Below are positions 55,075 to 64,000 of a stretch of DNA of 64,000 nucleotides, one piece after another (positions within the stretch are counted from its first letter, which is position 1; each line of letters starts with the position of its first letter). This DNA comes from Octopus vulgaris (taxonomy: Eukaryota). Made by a program: the position numbers and the translations under genes. The stretch is taken from the NCBI GenBank assembly GCA_951406725.2, contig OX597814.1:171616001-171680000 (forward strand). Direction: 5' to 3'. The notes under the pieces were generated by a model that was not told the DNA's origin, made no database searches, and was given only the letters and a program-made list of their open reading frames with translations.

Positions 55075-55288
55075 ATCTCAAGTTTTGGCAGAAGGCCAGT
55101 AACTTCGTGGAAGTGTGTAAGTCGATTACATTGATTCCATAGCCCAACTGATACTTATTTTATCGACACCGAATGGATGAAAGGCAAAGACGACCTCGGC
55201 GGAATTTGAACTCATGACGTGAAGACGGACGAAATGCCGCTAAGCATTCTGCCCGTCGTGTTAACGAGTCTGCCAGCTCGCCGCCTTA
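55075..55288 (-). mobile_element. Meta-domain SINE
   Basis: GGATGAAAGGCAAAGACGACCTCGGCGGAATTTGAACTC..GCCAGCTCGCCGCCTT. Confidence 0.85.
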
Positions 55289-55676
55289 CTTCCTATCATA
55301 ATATTTATTAGATTAACACGTCTAAGTTGCGATTGTATGACGCTTGTCTGAGAGAAGAGAAGATACGAATCATGATATCGGTTGAAATAGTTGATACATC
55401 TATAGCTAAACGTAACACTTAGTTGATTAGTGTCGAGGAAAACGAGTGTATACTATGGCTAATAGTACCGTAGTCAAATTGAACTCTATCATTGCAACAT
55501 CATTTGAAGATATACAAGACAATTAGAACACATAAAGAGACAGCATAGCGTGGGGATTTTCATAACATTTTCTATCAAACACTTCCATGATGCCGAGTGA
55601 AACACCATTGCTTTAATCGAAAATCTCAAGTTTGTTACGTAGGAGAGAGAGAGAGAGAGAGGGTGAGACAGAAAAA

Positions 55677-55742
<66 letters not shown>

Positions 55743-56179
55743 CATGAAGATTTGACTTTTTAAAAAAGTTGATTGTAATCAAGATAAAGTACACTAGATA
55801 TTAACTGAATTACTGAAAAAAAGGGAAACGAAATATCTTTAAGCAGAATTTGAAACCACGATGACGTGATAACCTTTCCTCAAGTCTCACATTTACTCCA
55901 CATAGATCACTCAGTTTCACTTTGCTCCTGCAGACTTTTCTTTTATGTCAGTAGAAAACAATCATTATAGACACCCTGTCCTTTTCATTTTATATTTTCT
56001 CACTCGATAATCTCTCTCTCTCTCTCCTTATATCCTTATATATATATATATATATATACACACACAAATATAGATACAACTTTCTTCTCTATCTGTCAGT
56101 CTGTCTGTCTGTCTGTCTGTCTGTATATATATATCTATATCTATATCTATATCTATATCTATATCTATCTATCTATCTA

Positions 56180-56245
<66 letters not shown>

Positions 56246-56425
56246 TACATATATATACAACGTCCATTTAAGTATAAAAAGTTTTAAGTTTTATACTTTT
56301 CTATCACCACCACTCTGCAATGTCTACTGGCGCCGATCACTTGTACCTTGAAAAAGTATTCTAAGAAAGCAGAGCGAGAAATAGTCTTAAAGTGTGATAT
56401 AAGACAAACATTCAAGTTGAAAACC

Positions 56426-56470
<45 letters not shown>

Positions 56471-57192
56471 GTATGAACAAGAAAAACGACAAGGCAAAAC
56501 TAATGTTCAACCTTCCTTAGCAAGAGCATCAGGAAAACTTTCAAAACTATCTACGAAGCTGTCAATTCCTAGCAAGATGTTGAAGATTTTTAGATGGACA
56601 GATCAAATTGACTTTTGACGTCCAACACCTCAAGCATTGTGCGTATGCGTATATGTATGTGTATGTATGTACGTACGTAAATGTATGTATGCATGCATGT
56701 ATATATGTGTTCTACGGAGAAGAGAAAGTGAACACCTTGGATAGGTAGTAGGTTGCCGTGTCAGTGAAATGCAGGGAGGGAAAAAAATAACGGTTGCACC
56801 GAGAAAGCTTGCTGACAGGTGTATGAGTAAGTTTTGGCACAAGTGAATGACTGACGGTACAGCTTTTTACAGATTTTTGATGGAATCCATTTGGAAGAGC
56901 ACTTGGCAAAAGCCTTCTTCGACACCCCCTCCATCTTAGGAGGAAAATGGAAATGTCACATCTCGCTACTTTTTCAATGGCGACGGCCCGTCTACAGACA
57001 GTATAAGGTGAAAGAGATGAAAGAAGAGTGATAGGCTAGGAATTTTATCTGGTAGCATCACTTTTGGACGTGAGAAAACGAGATTTGTTTTATTAATTTT
57101 TTTCGAACTATTTTTTTCTATCCCGCTTTTCTTTCCTTTTCTTTTGTACGTATATGTACGTACGTATGCTTGTATATTTGTGTGTATATATA

Positions 57193-57228
<36 letters not shown>

Positions 57229-57364
57229 CGTATGTGTGCGTGTGTGTACGTGTGCATGTGTGTGTATAAATGAACGTATATTTATAGGTATATGTGTATA
57301 TATGCGTGTCTGTGTGTCTGTGTGTATGTGTATAAATATATACATTTTGTAGTTACAAAGATAC

Positions 57365-57395
<31 letters not shown>

Positions 57396-57426
57396 CGCAC
57401 AAAGTTTCTAGCTAGATACAGATACA

Positions 57427-57462
<36 letters not shown>

Positions 57463-57884
57463 TATAATTCACTTTTTATAGCTTTTAGTCATATGACCTC
57501 TCTTGAACGATAGGTTGTGACTTGCGATGTTCAAGTTGTTTCTTGTAGATTCTTTACATAGGAACATTTTATGTCGTGGCGAATCAAAACGTCAGTGTTC
57601 GAAAGTGAAAGTAGTCAGAATATATTGCGTTTGTATGCATGTATGTATGTATGTATGTATGTATGTATGTATGTATGTATGTATGTATGCATGTATGTAT
57701 GTATTTATGTATGTATGTATGTATGTGTGTATGTATGTATATATACATATATGTATGTAAACCTATATACATTTACACGTGTAAATATATACTTGCATAA
57801 ATATACTCATACATCTCACTACACATACACACGCACACATCTACTCACACACAAACACTCATACATATATACATACATACACAC

Positions 57885-57924
<40 letters not shown>

Positions 57925-58366
57925 TGTAAATATATATGGACAACCGCATGCGCGCGCACACACGCACACACACTTTCTCAAACAAAGTTTTCGAAAAATT
58001 TGTGGATGCAATTATTTTACTTGAAAAATTTTCTTAAGTTAGGAATTATTTGTCATATAAATATGAAGAATGCATACATATATATTTACGTATATATATA
58101 TATAAATGTATGTGCATTATTTCAATGTCTACAAAAAACACGGAAAATATAAATAAACAGTTATGAGGTAGCAAAATATTTACATAAATACTAATGACCT
58201 TACTGCCTACTTATAAAGGTAGAAATTCCAGGGTTTAGTGAAGTGTTTTTGTATTAAAGATACATGAAGAAATGGAGATATTCAAATCTTTATACTTCCG
58301 GCATATGCTTTGAAACTTATGTCGGAATTATAAAATTTTGAATAACACCTGCGTTTAACTTCATTT

Positions 58367-58744
<378 letters not shown>

Positions 58745-59129
58745 GTAAATTATGCAGGTACATGCGTATATTAAGGATTGTTTTTATGTTCACTCATAGT
58801 AAAAACTATTTTATATTAATCTGATGGGTTACTCTATACTTTAGTAGAGTATAAATGTATTATTCTTACACAACAATATTATTGATAGTGACTAGCTAAG
58901 CTATTGTTGACCTCCATGAATTAATTCTAAACTATGAAATAAGTCCGAAATTTACGACTAAAATTTCTCCAGAACCCCTCTCCATCACAAGACGTCCTAC
59001 AACCCTGCTGCCGCTCCATTCAAACTCACGTAACCAAGGAAGATTTTTAACACAACAGAAACTCTGTAGAGCCAAGATTCATTGTTCACGATGAACAAGT
59101 CTACATGTTGCATATCGTTATAATTATTG

Positions 59130-59199
<70 letters not shown>

Positions 59200-59246
59200 T
59201 GAAAAATAATTTCAATTATCTATTCACACATGCCAGATAATAAATA

Positions 59247-59470
59247 TGAATGCGCCCTTTTAAAGCCAATCCAGGCTCATGGTTCGGGTTTCCCGGTTTC
59301 AATGGCGTATGTGCTTCCCAGCTGGACGGGACGCCGGTCCATCGCAGCGTTACTCATTTTTGCCAGCTGAGTGAACTGGAGCGACGCAAAATGAAGTGTT
59401 TTGCTCAAGAACAAAACGCGTCGCGGGCGACACCACTATCTTACGATCATGATGCTGACACCCTAACCAC
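59247..59470 (-). mobile_element. tRNA-derived SINE, family B
   Basis: Shares its body with 19126-19385 and its tail with 26533-26855. Abuts a Meta-SINE 3' part at 59471-59598. Confidence 0.78.
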
Positions 59471-59683
59471 CAAGGTCGACTTTGCCTTTCATCCTTTCGG
59501 GGTCGATAAATTAAGTACCAGTTGCGTACTGGGGTCGATGTAATCCACTGGTCCCCTCCCCCAAAAGTTCGGGCCTTGTGCCTAGAGTAGAAAAGAATAA
59601 TGATATACGATAGAAGCACAATGTCAGATATTTCGTGGGTGCAAACAGTCGATTACATAAAATCCCCAGTTCTTGACAGAAAT

Positions 59684-59955
59684 AGACTTTGCCTTTCATC
59701 CTTTCAGACTCGATAAAATAAGTACCAGTTGAGCAATGGGGTCAATGCAATCGACTCATCTACTTTCGGCTATGAATATAAAAACTTTGCCATCTGCCAA
59801 GCTGTGACGAGCTAGTGTAGCAGAGTAGGCTCATCAAACCAGTATGATCCCAAGCTCAAATTTACGGCCTTCACACCAGACCGAGGTTGATGGAGAGTAC
59901 ACGCTGAGGATTTCGTCCTGCAGTGGACTGAATATAGGCAATCTAATCCAATTCA
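59684..59955 (+). mobile_element. Meta-domain SINE with RTE-derived tail
   Basis: GCCTTTCATCCTTTC..GATAAAATAAGTACCAG, then a tail translating DRG*WRVHAEDFVLQWT. Confidence 0.62.
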
Positions 59956-60862
59956 CTTGAGATACTTTATTTTATTGACTTCGGAAGGCCAACTCGGTGG
60001 TATTTGAACTATACACATGAAAAGCCGGAGTTCTATTAGACCATCGATTGAAAGCCAGTCGTAATATTATTTATTACTAATTTTGAAATAGACCCAACAG
60101 TTTTTGAGGTGGAGGGAACGTTTTGAATGTTGATACAGGGCCAGCACTCTTTGAGAGAGGGGTAAGTCGATAACATCGACCCAAGCACTTGAGTAGAACT
60201 TATTTTATTAACCCCGAATGAATGAAAGTCAAAGTGGATATCGCAAAATGCGCAAAACATTCTACCAATTCTCCTTTTCACATAAACAATAAACATTAGC
60301 CAAAGCGCTTTGTTTTTGTTTTTGGAAGACATAAAATCAAAAAGAAAGAAAATAAGAGGATAAGCAAAAATAATGAAAAACGCTAAAATAAAAGGACAAC
60401 AAAATCACAAAAAGTAAATAGAAACAAAACATGCACACCCATATACAAATGTGGACACAAACATACAAGCTAATAACAACAATTATAAACCAAAGGTGGA
60501 AGTCAGACATGGTTCCAACAAACTTCACTACAATTTGAACATGATTTGTCAAAGACTATAATTTATTGCCCGAAGATTCTGCCTTGTCATGGTGTTCTTG
60601 GGAACGTGGAACAGAGCGTAAGGGTTGCAAAATATTCAGGAAAGTCCTTCAAGAATATTATAGGAATATTAGAGACATTTCGGATTGTTTATTAGACTGA
60701 GTTCAGCATGGACCTTCGACATACAATCAAATACAACCGTTTTCGAAATTTAATTAAAATATGGGAGACAATGCGAAAGTCGCTGACTGGGTTATACACT
60801 ATACACACATCAAAATCTACACACCTACATTCATCCCGACACACACACACACACACAAACAT

Positions 60863-60901
<39 letters not shown>

Positions 60902-62142
60902 CACATACACACACACATGTTTATTCGTTGGGAGCCTTCCGTAAAACTGAGCCATAAAATATGTTAAACATATGACCCGCAGCAATGTTGAGACTGCTCA
61001 CTGGCTCAGTTTTCTATAACGAATACATACATTTTGATTTTAAAATATTCAGTGAAATATATGCCATTGGCAATGCATTCAAAGTCAGGATTAATTTCGA
61101 TTCTAATTAATCAAGTACACTTGACCCTGGGAAATGTTTTGCTATCTCAATCATTGCAGAAAAAAAAATGCTTCTGAACCCATAGACTAAAAGACATAAC
61201 CTATTTACTCTTCCCTTTATCTGTACTCGCCGATCAAAACAGATTTCTGTTTTTCAAATTTGCACACGTGTTCATCTGATTGGATTATAGTGATATGAAC
61301 GATATTGAAAGTTTCGAAACTGAAATACAGAAAGGTTTTTATGAAACATTTTTATTATATTAAACTTTTTATTGAACATTAATCTTTACAAGACTCAATG
61401 AATACATTCATTTGGACAATATCTGTCTCTGTTCTTACTCTAACACAATAGGGTTATATGATATATCTGAAAGTAAATTTTTCCACATTTCTCTGCACAT
61501 AAACTCTGCTAACACCTCATCTCCTTTCCTTTTTTATTGTGGCTCTCGTGGCATCTGATTTTAACTGATTGGAAGTGTTATCATGTACATAGTTTTGTCT
61601 TGGTATAAAAGATGGGATACAGCAAATATTCTGCTCAATACCACATATTTATATTGTATAATACCTTATATTGTATAATACCTCCTTCATCCATTTACGT
61701 AATTTGGACTAGATTACGAATAAAGTTTTAAGAAATAATCTCCCCATCCGATCTGCGTATTCTTGTTTACGCTTCAGTCCTGTCCAAATCCTCCCAAAAA
61801 GCCACGTGACTTTGATTACTCCTGCTCTGGGCTTTCCCTCAGCAACACATTCATATCATGTCCTAGTGTTTTAAAATGTAACCTATTGCATTGAAGCAGT
61901 TTGCGATACTATGGGTCCGAAAAATAGACAGGTTGGTTATTTGGTCGCCGTAGAGCCCCTCTGAGCAGTGTATGCTGCATTTATAAGAAATCACGTGGTA
62001 AAAATAACCTAAAAATAGCTACAAAACCCCAAACCTCACAAGAACGAAAGGCTTTGAGAAACGAAAGGAGAGCGGCGTGGTAAAAGATAAATATATATAT
62101 ATATATCCATACATATATGTGGGGAGTGGGAAGAGAAAGAAG

Positions 62143-62221
62143 AAGCGAGAGAGAGGAAGTGAGCAAGCGAGAGAGAGGAAGTGAGCAAGCGAGAGAGAGG
62201 AAGTGAGCAAGCGAGAGAGAG
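62143..62221. repeat. 22-bp minisatellite, ~3.5 copies
   Basis: AAGCGAGAGAGAGGAAGTGAGC in tandem. Confidence 0.9.
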
Positions 62222-62225
62222 AAAG

Positions 62226-62258
<33 letters not shown>

Positions 62259-62561
62259 GAATGGGAGAAATTACGAGACAAGGTGAAGGGCTGTGTGTTA
62301 AAACTGCGGAAGGGGAGAGAGTAATAGGAGACGGTTGATTTGTGAGACACCATAATGGCCTTGACCAGATTAAAAGTGATTACTAACTGAAATGAAATCA
62401 AGGGAAGATAATATAGACTTAAGAAAACCATATAACAAACAACAAACAAACAATCATATCACTCACTGCCTATTCTAAAATGTCACATCCCCTTTCTAAA
62501 CAATGTCTTCTCGCTTATGTCAGATGAATGTTAATGAAACAGCCGAATAATTATATATATA

Positions 62562-62597
<36 letters not shown>

Positions 62598-62716
62598 AAC
62601 ATTTTTTCGCATGTGTGCGTATATAATATATATTTATATATATGTATATATATATATATTTATTCTCTTTACTATATATATATATATGTATATATGTATG
62701 TATTTCTCTATATATA

Positions 62717-62755
<39 letters not shown>

Positions 62756-63454
62756 CTCATTTTGCTTTTCTTTGTGTATTCAACACCCCATCACCTCTGC
62801 AGCTCTCTTATTCACTTTATCATCCATCAATACTATCTTCTCTTCTTCTTCCACACACCCAGTTTCACTCAAACACACAGATACACACATACACGCACAC
62901 ACACACGCACACACACACCTCACAGACCCGTCCTCTCTGTCTCTCTCTTTCTCTCCTTCTCTCTTTCTCCGTCGTTCTCCATATGTCTCTCTCTGCCCAT
63001 ATCCTTCTGTCTCCCTACCTCGTAACTTACCAACCGGTGCTGCTCTTATCTGATAAACCAAGGGAGGAACTCCTCGTCCCATTTCACAATGTCATCCCAG
63101 GGTGACAAACTTTATGAATCTTAATCGCTTTTATTATTGATTTTAATAATCTCAGAACACCTCCTACATCACACCGCGCCACATCTCACAGTGCACCTCC
63201 GCCCCTCACGAGAATTCTCACCAACGGCTTTCTAAGCAAAACTAGCACCTAACGTACAATCTCATTTTCTGATACCACAGTTCTACCATCAATAACGACT
63301 ACATCCCCGCTGCCATCACCACCACCACCAGCACCATCAACAGCACCAACAGCAGCAGCAGCAGCAGCAGCGGCAGCAACAACAAAACGACAACAGTAAC
63401 AACAACACTACCACCACCACCAGGATGACGACGACGACCACCAACACCACCACC

Positions 63455-63687
63455 TATTTCTTTACTACCCACAAGAGGCCAAACACAGAGGGAACAAATA
63501 AGGACAGACAAACGGAATAAATCGATTACATCGACCCCAGTGCGTAACTGGTACTTAATTTATCGACCCCGAAAGGATGAAAGGCAAAGTCGACCTCGGC
63601 GGAATTTGAACTCACAACGTAATGGCAGACGAAATACGGCTACGCATTTCGCCCGGCGTGCTAACGTTTCTGCCAGCTCGCCGCCTT
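63455..63687 (-). mobile_element. Meta-domain SINE, full length, in (ACC/AAC)n
   Basis: Reverse complement of the 1369-1602 family. Confidence 0.9.
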
Positions 63688-63731
63688 AACACCACCAACA
63701 TCACCTTAACACCAACACCACCACCACCAAC

Positions 63732-63762
<31 letters not shown>

Positions 63763-64000
63763 CCACCACCACCACCACCAACACTACCTTCCCGCCTAAA
63801 CTACCACTTCTGCAACAACTGCCACCAAACTTAAAATCAACACCACCAGCACCAGCACTACCAGCACCAGCACCACCAGCACCAACAACAACAACAACAA
63901 CAACACAACCACACCACCACCACCAACGCCACAACGTCCACCACAAACACCCATTTTCTCGATTATCAGAAACATAAAAAAGAATGTTTATATTCGTATT

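Noticed and set aside
56872-57006. Candidate exon after CTGAC..TTTTTACAG (IFDGIHLEEHLAKAFF..)
   Set aside because: It is short and has no recognisable homology; it cannot be supported without RNA-seq.

Overview
This is eukaryotic, AT-rich, apparently gene-free (intergenic or intronic) DNA. It is dominated by microsatellites ((TA)n, (CA)n, (TACA)n, (TCTA)n, (TTA)n, (CTA)n) and transposable elements. The SINE repertoire (tRNA-headed CORE-type and Meta-domain SINEs) and the microsatellite density resemble an octopod cephalopod genome; this is inference, not a database result. I could not support any host protein-coding gene, and almost all listed ORFs are microsatellite or SINE artefacts. Recognisable mobile DNA: a Tc1 transposon interrupted by a solo LTR; internally deleted and foldback Tc1/mariner derivatives; Tc2-, piggyBac- and Merlin-like MITEs; CR1-, RTE- and R4/Dong-type LINE fragments; a 5'-truncated Penelope-like element with inverted pseudo-LTRs; and about 40 SINE copies. 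The most interesting signal is a set of at least 8 minimal type I hammerhead-ribozyme motifs. They lie in Penelope-type repeats, in a multi-copy ~200-bp retrozyme-like element inserted in (TA)n, and downstream of a tRNA-like Pol III cassette inside the Penelope pseudo-LTR. Coordinates were counted by eye and may be off by a few bases.
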